Shown here in pieces: positions 50,494-58,975 of a DNA stretch of 64,000 bases. Source of the stretch: an uncultured Solibacteraceae bacterium (GTDB taxonomy: Bacteria > Acidobacteriota > Vicinamibacteria > Vicinamibacterales > SCN-69-37); the NCBI GenBank assembly GCA_964471115.1, contig CAYYFE010000002.1:136388-200387 (forward strand). Reading direction: 5' to 3'. The notes under the pieces were generated by a model that did not search any database, was not told the DNA's origin, and was given only the letters and a program-made list of their open reading frames with translations. Each line of letters begins with the position of its first letter. Within the stretch, counting starts at the first letter, position 1. The translations under genes and the position numbers were made by a program.

Positions 50494-51180
50494 TCAGGCC
50501 TCGTCGGCCAGCCGCGCCAGCGCCCTGGGCGATCGCAGAACCAGCTGGCGCCGCTCGGATCGCAGGACGCCGTCGGCCTCCCACTGCGACAGGGTGCGGC
50601 TGACCGTGTAGAGCGTCGTGCCGACCAGGTCCGCCAGCTCCTGACGCGTGAGCGGGTGGGTGATGAGAATGCCGTCCGGGGTCTGCCGGCCGCAGTGGCG
50701 GGCCAGGCGCATCAGCGTGATGGCCAGCCGCTGGCCCACCCGAAGCGTCGTCAACTCGCGCACGCGGGTGAGCGCGTCGGTCATGTGGGCCGTCATCTCG
50801 CGCATGAGGTTCGCGCGCACGGCCGGGTGCGCGTCGAGCATGCCGCGCAGCTCCGGCGCCTTCCAGGCGAACAGCTGGGTGGGTTCCACCGCGAGCGCGC
50901 TGACCGGGTAGGGCGCCGACTCGAGCGCCACGACGCCCCCGAAGGGATCACCCGGGCCGACGAATCGGACGATGAGTTCCTGGCCCTGTGCGGTTTCCTG
51001 CAGAATCTTCAGCGCGCCGTCGTCGACGAGGCAGAATGTGGTGGCCGGTTCGCCCTGGCGGGCCACCCAGTGGCCGCGACGGACCGTCTGCCGGGCGCCC
51101 CGCGCCAGGCAGTCGCGACGGGCGGTCTCTTCAAGGCCGTCAAAGACGCGGCTGTGCAGGGCGTCGCGGCGGGTATCCAT
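50494..51180 (-). CDS. Crp/Fnr-family regulator without an FNR-type N-terminal Cys cluster (Dnr/NnrR-like)
   Basis: 228 aa with a cNMP-binding-like barrel (GEPATTFCLVDDGALKILQ...GPGDPFGG). The C-terminal HTH is LTRQELADLVGTTLYTVSRTLSQWEADGVL. No C-x2-C-x5-C is present. Confidence 0.9.
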   Translation of the reverse strand: MDTRRDALHSRVFDGLEETARRDCLARGARQTVRRGHWVARQGEPATTFCLVDDGALKILQETAQGQELIVRFVGPGDPFGGVVALESAPYPVSALAVEPTQLFAWKAPELRGMLDAHPAVRANLMREMTAHMTDALTRVRELTTLRVGQRLAITLMRLARHCGRQTPDGILITHPLTRQELADLVGTTLYTVSRTLSQWEADGVLRSERRQLVLRSPRALARLADEA

Positions 51181-51193
51181 CGAGCGATTGTAA

Positions 51194-52480
51194 ATGCTTC
51201 ACCCGTCTTCGCCCTCGTCGCGCCTTCCGGTGGCGTATTTCGCCACGGCCCACCTGAGCCTGGCCGGTGCCCTGCTGACGCTGGCGCTGCGGCCGGAGAC
51301 GGCCGGCGCCTTTTTCTTTCATCCGAAGATGGTGGCGCTCGTCCACCTGCTGACGGTGGGATGGCTGACCGGATCCATCCTGGGCGCGTTCTACATCGTC
51401 GCGCCCCTGAGCCTCCGCTTGCCGCTGCCGGTGGGGCGCGGCGACTGGTGGGCGTGGGCCGCGTTCACGGCCGGCCTGTCGGGGGTGGTGTCGCACGCGT
51501 GGCTGGCGCTGTACGACGGCATCGCCTGGTCCGCGCTACTGGTCGCGTGGCCGATCGTGCGTCTGGCCGCGCGCGTCGCGCGTGGTCTCCGCGGCGCCGT
51601 GGCGCCGTGGCCGGTGTTGCTGCACATCGGGTTCGCCTTTGCGAACATCCTCGGCGCCATGGTCTACGGAGCGGTCGTGGCCTGGGACCGCGCGCGCGGC
51701 ACGCTGCCGTATTCGCCGATGCTGCTCGCGTTTGCGCATGCGCACCTGGCCGCCATCGGCTGGGTGCTGATGCTGATTGTCGGCTTCGCGTACCGGCTCG
51801 TGCCGATGTTCATCCCGTCGGCCATGCCCACGGGATGGACGATGGCGATCAGCGCGGTGCTGCTGCAGGCGGGGGTGATCACCCTCGTGGCGGCGCTGCC
51901 GGCCGGCAGCGAATGGGCAGCGGTGGGCGCGGCCGTGATGGTCGCGGGCCTGGCCAGCGCGATGGCGCACATGGCGTGGTCGGTGCGGCGCCGGTTGCCG
52001 CGGCCGCCCGCGCTGCCCGCGGTTGACTGGTCGATGTGGCAGACCGCGTCGACCGCGGTGTGGCTGGGGGTCGCCGCGATCACCGGCCTCTGGCTGGCGA
52101 TCGCGCCGGCGTCCGAGTCGACCGTGCCGTTGATGTGGGTCTACGGCGTGGCCGGACTCGTGGGTGGCTTGGGGCAGATGGTGGCCGGGATGGCCGGGCG
52201 TGTCATTCCGCTGCATGCCTGGTATGCCGCGTGGGCGGCTCACCCCGGCCCGCCGCCGCAGGTGGCGGCCAACGCGCTGCCCTCCGCGCGCTGGGCGTTC
52301 GCCGTGTTCGTGTTGTGGCAGGTGGCGGTGCCGTTGCTCGCGTACGGCGTCATGACGCATCAGCCCGCGATCACCTCTGCCGGGGCGGGGCTGCTGTGCC
52401 TGGGCGTGTGCGCCGGCGGTGGCTATCTGATCTGGATGTGGCGCCGCGCGATGTCGCCTACCGCTGAGGTCTCCGGCTAG
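51194..52480 (+). CDS. Polytopic membrane protein (about 12 helices) with conserved-looking His pairs; function unknown
   Basis: 428 aa. Helices carry His pairs (FFFHPKMVALVHLLTVGW, LAFAHAHLAAIGWV). The annotated start is only 13 bp from the divergent crp/fnr start, so the true start may lie downstream. Confidence 0.55.
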   Translation: MLHPSSPSSRLPVAYFATAHLSLAGALLTLALRPETAGAFFFHPKMVALVHLLTVGWLTGSILGAFYIVAPLSLRLPLPVGRGDWWAWAAFTAGLSGVVSHAWLALYDGIAWSALLVAWPIVRLAARVARGLRGAVAPWPVLLHIGFAFANILGAMVYGAVVAWDRARGTLPYSPMLLAFAHAHLAAIGWVLMLIVGFAYRLVPMFIPSAMPTGWTMAISAVLLQAGVITLVAALPAGSEWAAVGAAVMVAGLASAMAHMAWSVRRRLPRPPALPAVDWSMWQTASTAVWLGVAAITGLWLAIAPASESTVPLMWVYGVAGLVGGLGQMVAGMAGRVIPLHAWYAAWAAHPGPPPQVAANALPSARWAFAVFVLWQVAVPLLAYGVMTHQPAITSAGAGLLCLGVCAGGGYLIWMWRRAMSPTAEVSG

Positions 52481-52899
52481 GCCGGCTTGCTCTTCAGGAC
52501 GCCCACCTGGATGAGCAGGCCGGTGAAGTCGTACATGCGCCGTTCGTGCAGAATCAGGCCGTCGGCCATCGTGAACAGGCGGACGCCCACCACCTTGAAG
52601 CGCCGGTTGGTGCCCGCGTGCCCCATGAACGTGCCGACGTGGGTGGCCGCGACGCTGAACGGCTCGCAGACCCGATCGCCATCGATGAGCAGTGGCTCTC
52701 CCTGATAGTCCCAGTCAGGGAAGATCTCGAACAGGGACTGATACGACTGCCGGATGGCGGCCCGTCCCTCGCGGCGGCCGAACATCGGGCTGTCGAGCGT
52801 GCCGTGTTCCGCGTGACACGCCGCAAGCCCCTCGGCATCACGCGACGACCAGACGTGCCGGCGGCTCGTGAAGAAGGCTTCGATCTCGGCGCGCGTCAT
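52477..52899 (-). CDS. SnoaL-like (NTF2-fold) ester cyclase family protein
   Basis: 140 aa: MTRAEIEAFFTSRRHVWSSRDAEGLAACHAEHGTLDSPMFGRREGRAAIRQSY...THVGTFMGHAGTNRRFKV. Confidence 0.7.
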   Translation of the reverse strand: MTRAEIEAFFTSRRHVWSSRDAEGLAACHAEHGTLDSPMFGRREGRAAIRQSYQSLFEIFPDWDYQGEPLLIDGDRVCEPFSVAATHVGTFMGHAGTNRRFKVVGVRLFTMADGLILHERRMYDFTGLLIQVGVLKSKPA

Positions 52900-52907
52900 G
52901 GCCGGGA

Positions 52908-53729
52908 TTATAACGACGTGGGGTGGGCCGCAGCCAGAACGTCAGCGCGGGTCCAACCGGCCGCCCGCAGGTCGCGAACGCCGGTCGCTCCGTCCGATTT
53001 GCTGAGCTTTTGCGTGGGCGTTTTCATGATCAGGTCGTGATGCGCGAACGTGGCCGGTGTCTGACGGCCGATCAACCGGCCCAGCAGAATCTGGCGGCCG
53101 GTCGACTCGAGCAGATCGCGGCCGCGAATCACGTCGGTGATGCCCTGCAGATGGTCATCCACCGTCGCGACGAACTGATACGTCCAGTTGCCCAGCCGAT
53201 CGCGAATCAACAGGTCGCCACACTGCCGTGACGGCTGCTGCCGCTGCGGACCGCACCACCGATCCTCGAACTCGATCACATCGTCAGGCAACCGGACACG
53301 CCAGCCCAGACCCTCATCAAGCCCGAGCCGCGCATCCCGGCACGTCCCGTCGTACGGCGTTTCGGACCCCGGACCCTCGCCGGACCTCGGACCCTCGTCG
53401 GACCTCGGACCCCGGACCCTGGACCCCCTCCGACTGCACGCACAGCCGTAGACCAGTCCCTGGTGGTCGAGCTCGCGCGCCACACGCAGATAGATCTCGT
53501 GCCGCTCGGACTGCCGGACAGCCACGCCATCCCACTCGAAGCCGAGCCACGCCAGGTCCTCCAGCAGTGCCGCATCGTACTCGGGCCGGCACCGCTCGCG
53601 ATCGTGATCCTCGATGCGCAGCAGCACCTGACCGCCGCGTGTACGCGCCTCGCGCCACACGAGGATTGCGTTGAGCACGTGGCCCAGGTGCAGGTATCCG
53701 GTGGGCGCCGGCGCAAATCGCGTGATCAT
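52908..53729 (-). CDS. gluQ: Glutamyl-Q tRNA(Asp) synthetase (GluQRS, truncated GluRS paralog) with a repeat-encoded insertion
   Basis: The start MITRFAPAPTGYLHLGH carries the HIGH-type motif. Also present are RIEDHD, the Zn loop C-A-C...Y-D-G-T-C, and LSKSDG (KMSKS-like). At 273 aa it has no anticodon-binding domain. The start overlaps the ligD stop. Confidence 0.85.
   Translation of the reverse strand: MITRFAPAPTGYLHLGHVLNAILVWREARTRGGQVLLRIEDHDRERCRPEYDAALLEDLAWLGFEWDGVAVRQSERHEIYLRVARELDHQGLVYGCACSRRGSRVRGPRSDEGPRSGEGPGSETPYDGTCRDARLGLDEGLGWRVRLPDDVIEFEDRWCGPQRQQPSRQCGDLLIRDRLGNWTYQFVATVDDHLQGITDVIRGRDLLESTGRQILLGRLIGRQTPATFAHHDLIMKTPTQKLSKSDGATGVRDLRAAGWTRADVLAAAHPTSL
53363..53428. repeat. 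GGACC(C/T)C / GGACCCT heptamer-based tandem repeat (18-nt super-unit) inside gluQ
   Basis: The sequence is cggaccccggaccctcgccggacctcggaccctcgtcggacctcggaccccggaccctggacccc. On the minus strand it encodes GSRVRGPRSDEGPRSGEGPGSE. Confidence 0.9.
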
Positions 53730-55723
53730 CGCGAGGCCAGGATGCGCTTGAGGTCCACCGTGGGTCCGGTACGGATGGGCGCCCACAGGTCGCCGACGTC
53801 GCGAAAACGCGCGGGCGCCGTGCGAATCGTGAAGTCGCGCGGGTCCACGCCTTCGGCCACCTCCGCCCACGTGAGCGGCGTCGACACCCCGGCGTAGTCA
53901 CTCGCGCGCGCCGAATACGCGGCCGCCAGCGACTTGCCGAGGATGTTCTGCAGGTAGTCGACGTAGACCGTGCCCGTAGGCCGCTTCTTCACCATGCGCT
54001 CGATCGTGGCCACGCGCGGGTGCTTCGACGACACCAGCGTGGCGACCAGATGGCAGAGCAGTTGACCCGTTTCGTACGAGGTGCGCTTCGGCAGGCGGAT
54101 GTAGATGTGCATGCCGGAGGATCCGGACGTCTTTGCCACCGCGGGAATGCCCAGCCGATCGAGTTCCTCTTTCACCCAGCGAGCCACGTCGAGCACACGC
54201 GTGAACGGGACGCCGTCGCCCGGGTCCAGGTCGATGGCCGCAAAGTCCTGATGCAGCGGATCCGACACCCGCGAGAACCACGGGTCAAGCGAGATCGACG
54301 CCAGCTGCGCCATGTACAGCAGCGTCGTGAGCGATCCGCCAATCAACCGCTCGCGTCCGCTGTCGCCGGGATCGATGGGATCGACGTCTTCATCCAGGAT
54401 CTCGCGACGGACGCCGCGTGGCACGGCCTCCGGATGCCGCTGCTGATAAAACGCGTGTTGCGCGATGCCGTTGGGGAACCGGCGCATGATCATCGGCCGG
54501 TCCTCGATCACCGGCAGCGCCAGCGGCGACACCTCCACGTAGTACCGCAACAGGTCGCCCTTGGTGTATCCGAGCGCCGGCCAGAACACCTTCGCGAGGT
54601 TGGTGACGCGCAGCCGGTCGCCGTTGGGCAGCGTCAGTTCGCCGTCCTTCCGCGCTTCCTCGAGCGCATGCAACCGCGACACGAGCGCGGTCAGCGGATC
54701 GTCGGGCGCCGCGTCGGCGGGCCTGCGCACCGCCCGCACCTTCACATCGTCGCGTTCCCCGACGTAGACGGGGTGGCGCACCATCCCGTCCTCGGTCATC
54801 TCGGTGAATCGCACTTCCACGGTCATCCGGGGTTTCACCCAGTGCGCTTTCGCAATCGCCCGCGGAGGATCGGCGAACGGGCACGTGTCGGTCGCCAGCG
54901 ACTCGAGGCGCGCGGCCACGCGCGTGAGCTCCGCCTGATCGAAGCCCGTCCCGACGTTGCCCACCCAGCGCAGCCGGCCGGCTTCAGGCACACCCAGCAC
55001 CAGCGAGCCGAAATGGGCGCGTGTGTTCTGCGGATCGGTCCAGCCGCCGACGACAAACGTGTCGCTCTTGAGGAGTTTCAGCTTGCGCCACGCGGGCGAT
55101 CGCCGGCCCGAGTGATAGACCGACCCGCCGTCCTTGCCGATCAGCCCCTCCCAGCCCTCACGCTCCGCGCGCGCCAGCATGGCGCGGCCATCATCGGCCA
55201 CCAGTTCGCTGAGCCGCACGAGTGCGGTGCCGCCCACCTTGACCGGCAGCGCGTCCTGCAGGCGCAGGCGTCGCGCGGCCAGCGACAATCCGCGCACGTC
55301 GCGGTCGTTGTCGCGCAGCAGGTCAAAGACGATCAGCGCGGCGGGCTGCGCTTTCTCCGCGCGCGCGATGTCGGTGGCCGCCGTCAGGTGAATGCGCCCC
55401 TGCAGGCGGCCGAACGGCAGCGGACGGCCCCTGGCGTCGGTCGCCACGATTTCGCCGTCGAGCAGCAGCGGTCCCTCGAGTCGCGCCGCGATCTTGCGAA
55501 GCGCCGCCACGATGGCGGGGAACTGATGCGCCTTGGCGTGGCCGTTGCGCGAGTACATCTCGACGTGCGCCGGCTGGTCGCCGTCGGGCGGCCGCACATC
55601 GATCAGCGCGCGGATGCCGTCGTATTTGGGTTCATACACGAAGCCCGGCTGCACGACCGGCGGCGGGTCGAGCGAGGCAAGCATGGGACGGACCTTCGCG
55701 GGATCATCCCGCCACTTCGGCAC
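53726..55723 (-). CDS. ligD: ATP-dependent DNA ligase LigD (ligase + primase-polymerase domains, no phosphoesterase domain seen)
   Basis: 665 aa. The N-terminal ligase has motif I EPKYDGIR. The C-terminal LigD Pol domain carries FPNGIAQHAFYQQRHP, AAIDLDP and SGSSGMHIYI. Confidence 0.9.
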   Translation of the reverse strand: MPKWRDDPAKVRPMLASLDPPPVVQPGFVYEPKYDGIRALIDVRPPDGDQPAHVEMYSRNGHAKAHQFPAIVAALRKIAARLEGPLLLDGEIVATDARGRPLPFGRLQGRIHLTAATDIARAEKAQPAALIVFDLLRDNDRDVRGLSLAARRLRLQDALPVKVGGTALVRLSELVADDGRAMLARAEREGWEGLIGKDGGSVYHSGRRSPAWRKLKLLKSDTFVVGGWTDPQNTRAHFGSLVLGVPEAGRLRWVGNVGTGFDQAELTRVAARLESLATDTCPFADPPRAIAKAHWVKPRMTVEVRFTEMTEDGMVRHPVYVGERDDVKVRAVRRPADAAPDDPLTALVSRLHALEEARKDGELTLPNGDRLRVTNLAKVFWPALGYTKGDLLRYYVEVSPLALPVIEDRPMIMRRFPNGIAQHAFYQQRHPEAVPRGVRREILDEDVDPIDPGDSGRERLIGGSLTTLLYMAQLASISLDPWFSRVSDPLHQDFAAIDLDPGDGVPFTRVLDVARWVKEELDRLGIPAVAKTSGSSGMHIYIRLPKRTSYETGQLLCHLVATLVSSKHPRVATIERMVKKRPTGTVYVDYLQNILGKSLAAAYSARASDYAGVSTPLTWAEVAEGVDPRDFTIRTAPARFRDVGDLWAPIRTGPTVDLKRILASR

Positions 55724-55751
55724 GCAGTGATCTTTTCACAACAGACCTTGA

Positions 55752-55855
55752 TCACCATGGAGGACACGAAGGGCCATGAAGGAATACGTAGCCGGGCCCC
55801 CAACCCCGGACACGTCTACGCATTCCTCCATGGATCTTCATGTGCTCCATGGTGA
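55752..55855. repeat. Long imperfect inverted repeat (about 40-bp arms, about 24-nt GC loop) rich in CCATGG
   Basis: The left arm is TCACCATGGAGGACACGAAGGGCCATGAAGGAATACGTAG. The reverse complement of the right arm is TCACCATGGAGCACATGAAGATCCATGGAGGAATGCGTAG. It lies between the permease stop (55865) and the ligD start (55723). Confidence 0.8.
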
Positions 55856-55864
55856 ACAGCTCTG

Positions 55865-58462
55865 CTACTCCCGTAAGGTCACGGCCGGGTCGATGCGGGT
55901 GGCGCGGCGCGCCGGGATGAGGCAGGCCAGCGTGGCGCACACGAGCAGTGCGGCAGCCGCCGACGAGAACGTCGGCAGATCAAGCGGCGTCACCTCGAAG
56001 AGCAGCGACGACAGCGCGCCTGTCGACAGCGAGGCCAGCGCCAGGCCGGCCAGTAGGCCGAGGGCGACCGGTTGCAGGCCCTGCGACAACACGAGCCGTC
56101 GGATGCCGCCCCGCGGGGCGCCCAGGGCCAGACGCAGCCCGAGTTCGCGGCGGCGTTGCGCCACCATCACCCCGACGCTGCCGTAGAGCCCGACGATGGC
56201 GAGCGCGAGACTGCAGAGGCCGAACACCGTCAGCAGCGTCGCCGCGAACCGCCGGGTGCCTGTCGTGCCGCCGATGATCGCGTCGTAGGTCCGGACGCGG
56301 GTGATGGGCTGATGGCGATCCAGCGCCCGCGCCGCTTCTCGCGCGGGTCCGGCCAGCGCTGCCGGCGTTCCGGTGGTGCGGACCACCACGGCCATCGCGG
56401 TTTCCGCCCACGCCCACTGCGCATGGGGCACGTACACCTGCGGGCCCACCTCGGCGTCGAGTCCATGGTGCGCCACATCGTTGGCGATTCCGACGACCGT
56501 GCGAGGCCGCGCGCTGGGCGGTCCCAGCATCACGCGCATGCCGATGGGATCGTCGCCCCCGAACAACGTGCGCGCGGCCGTCTGGTTGATGACCACCACC
56601 GCCTCGCCGGCCTGCTGATCCTGCGCGGTCAGCAGACGGCCGGACACGGCGCGAATGCCCATGGTCTCGAAGTACTCGGGCGTCACGGCAAAACGATCGG
56701 CGCTGGGTGCGGCCTCGGGATTGGCCGCAGGCCGCCCTTCGATGTGGAAGCCGTAGCCATCGACGTTGCCGCCCAGCGGCAGCGTGGTGGTGGCGGCCGC
56801 GTGCGTCACCCCGGGGATCGCGCGCAGGCGCGTCAGCAGGTCGTCGTAGTACCGCACGGCCGCGCCAATCTGATCGGCCGGTTCGCCGGTGCGGAATCGT
56901 TCGCCGGAGGCCCAGACCTCGAACGTCAACAGGCCCGACGGCGTGAACCCCGGCGCCACCGACAACAGGCCCGAGAGACTGCGCACGAGCAGGCCCGATC
57001 CGACCAGGAGCAGCACCGCAAACGCCACGTTGGCGCTGACCAGCACGTGGCGTGATCGCCACGCCGCGCGTGAGTCCGTGCCGCGTGCGCCCGACCCCAG
57101 CCGAAGACTCCGCGAGGAGCGAAGCACTTGGCTGATGGGCGCCAGCGCGATCAGCACCCCGCTGGCGGCCACCAGCGCCGCGGCGATCGCCAGCACCGCA
57201 GGGGTGATGGCGACATCCGCCAGCCGCGGAATCTGTTCGGGGCCGTTGATCGCGACCAGTTGCAGAACGGCCCACGCCAGGCCCACTCCCGCGATGCCCC
57301 CGGCCAGCGCCAGCAGCCACGTCTCGGTCAGGAACTGTCGAATCAGGCGCCCGCGTGTCACTCCGAGCGCGGTGCGCACGGCGACTTCCTGCACGCGTTC
57401 ACTGGCCCGCAGGAGCAGCAGGTGCGCGACGTTGCCGCACGCGACGAGCCACAGCAGTCCCACCCCGGCCCACAACGCGACCAGCACGGGACGCACGGGA
57501 CCCAGAAACAGATCCGGCAGCGAGTGCGTGGCGATCGTCGCGTTGTCGTATTCGGACGGATGCTCGCGTTCAATCGCGGCCATTGTCTCGGCGAGTTCGC
57601 GCTGGGCCTGCGCCTCCGTGGCGCCGGGGGCCAGCCGGCCGAACACACGCAGGTGACGGCACGTGCGGCAGGCGAACGCCGCGGCCGGGTCGTAACCCAG
57701 CGGGGTCCACAGTTCCGCGCCGTTGTACAGACGCGCGGCCACCAGATCGGAAAATTCGCGCGGCATCACACCAACGATGCGGAAGGGTGTGCCGCTGATG
57801 TCGAGCAGGCGGCCCACCACGCCGGGGTCGGCCTGGAAGCGGCGTCGCCAGAGCGCATCACTGAGAATCACCACGCGCCGCGCTTCTCCCGGCGCGTCCT
57901 CGGCCGGTAGAAACACCCGGCCCAGCGCGGGCGACGCGCCGACCATCGCGAAGTACTCGTGTGACACCCGCATCGCGCTGACGCGTTCGGCGTCGAGGTT
58001 GGGCGCCGTCAGTGTGGCGGTGGATTGGGTGGCCGCCACCATGGGCTGCACCGACTGCACGCGGTCCTTCAGATCGCTGAACGTGAGATACCCCAGGTTG
58101 GTGGGGGCCTCGCCGCGCCGCTGCTCCTGGATCACGAGCAGCCGGCCCGCTTCGTGGTACGGCAGCGGCGACCACACGACCGTGTCCATCACCGCGACCA
58201 TCGCCACGTTGGCGCCAATCCCCAGCGCCAGCGTCACGGTCACCGCCGCGGTGCCCATCGGACGCGCGCTCAAGGTCCGCAGCGCCAGCCGGCCGTCGCG
58301 CTGCAGGATGTCCCAATGCAGCCCCGGCGCGCGGCGAAGCACATCGATGATGGTGCCGGCCGCGCCTTCGGTGCGCGCCGTGATTTCGAGCTCACGTCCG
58401 TACGAGGCCCGGAATTCCTCGGGCAGGAGGCGAATCGCCAGGCGCAGCAGCCGCGGTCGCAT
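55865..58462 (-). CDS. Duplicated FtsX/MacB-like permease (ADOP family)
   Basis: 865 aa with two MacB-periplasmic + FtsX units (RASERVQEVAVRTALGVTRGRLIRQFLTE and VAQRRRELGLRLALGAPRGGIRRLVLSQG). The N-terminus MRPRLLRLAIRLLPEEFRASYGRELE is typical. Confidence 0.85.
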   Translation of the reverse strand: MRPRLLRLAIRLLPEEFRASYGRELEITARTEGAAGTIIDVLRRAPGLHWDILQRDGRLALRTLSARPMGTAAVTVTLALGIGANVAMVAVMDTVVWSPLPYHEAGRLLVIQEQRRGEAPTNLGYLTFSDLKDRVQSVQPMVAATQSTATLTAPNLDAERVSAMRVSHEYFAMVGASPALGRVFLPAEDAPGEARRVVILSDALWRRRFQADPGVVGRLLDISGTPFRIVGVMPREFSDLVAARLYNGAELWTPLGYDPAAAFACRTCRHLRVFGRLAPGATEAQAQRELAETMAAIEREHPSEYDNATIATHSLPDLFLGPVRPVLVALWAGVGLLWLVACGNVAHLLLLRASERVQEVAVRTALGVTRGRLIRQFLTETWLLALAGGIAGVGLAWAVLQLVAINGPEQIPRLADVAITPAVLAIAAALVAASGVLIALAPISQVLRSSRSLRLGSGARGTDSRAAWRSRHVLVSANVAFAVLLLVGSGLLVRSLSGLLSVAPGFTPSGLLTFEVWASGERFRTGEPADQIGAAVRYYDDLLTRLRAIPGVTHAAATTTLPLGGNVDGYGFHIEGRPAANPEAAPSADRFAVTPEYFETMGIRAVSGRLLTAQDQQAGEAVVVINQTAARTLFGGDDPIGMRVMLGPPSARPRTVVGIANDVAHHGLDAEVGPQVYVPHAQWAWAETAMAVVVRTTGTPAALAGPAREAARALDRHQPITRVRTYDAIIGGTTGTRRFAATLLTVFGLCSLALAIVGLYGSVGVMVAQRRRELGLRLALGAPRGGIRRLVLSQGLQPVALGLLAGLALASLSTGALSSLLFEVTPLDLPTFSSAAAALLVCATLACLIPARRATRIDPAVTLRE

Positions 58463-58463
58463 C

Positions 58464-58823
58464 TCAGCCTCGTTTCAACGGGAGGGCCAGCTTCGTGCGG
58501 GCTTGCGCCAGCGTATCGCTGAGCCGTTCGGTCTCGGCCAGGGCGACCGCGCGCCCCTGGTCGGTCAGCCGGTAATACCGCCGCCGTTCATCGTCGAGCG
58601 CGGGGTCGGGCCGTTCGTCCGACTCGGCAATCAGCCCGTCGTCGACGAACCGGCGGATGACGGTGTACAGGGTGGCCGCGCGCAGCGTGACCTTGCCGCC
58701 CGTACGGCGCGCCACCTCCTTGAGGATGGCGTAGCCGTGTTTTTCGCCGTCGGCGAGCGACAGCAGCACCTGGAACATCGCCGGGGTCAGCGGAAGGAAC
58801 GGAGACGGGTCGAATCTAGCCAT
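58464..58823 (-). CDS. PadR-family transcriptional regulator
   Basis: 119 aa: LTPAMFQVLLSLADGEKHGYAILKEVARRTGGKVTLRAATLYTVIRRFVDDGLI...RRRYYRLTDQGRA. Confidence 0.9.
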   Translation of the reverse strand: MARFDPSPFLPLTPAMFQVLLSLADGEKHGYAILKEVARRTGGKVTLRAATLYTVIRRFVDDGLIAESDERPDPALDDERRRYYRLTDQGRAVALAETERLSDTLAQARTKLALPLKRG

Positions 58824-58975
58824 GACGGAGCAACTATATCAACGATGGGAATATGCGAAAAGTTCCCCCTGTGTCCCCCGCTGTCACGGGTTGCACGGAT
58901 CTTCACTCGTGGATGGTGCAATGGGCCCGACCGGCCGATAATGACGGGTCCAGCATCTTTCCCGAGGAGACGACG

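Noticed and set aside
51181-51193. FNR/Crp box (TTGTAAATGCTTCA) between the crp/fnr gene and the membrane protein gene
   Set aside because: It matches only half of the TTGAT-N4-ATCAA or TTGCG-N4-CGCAA consensus and is not palindromic.
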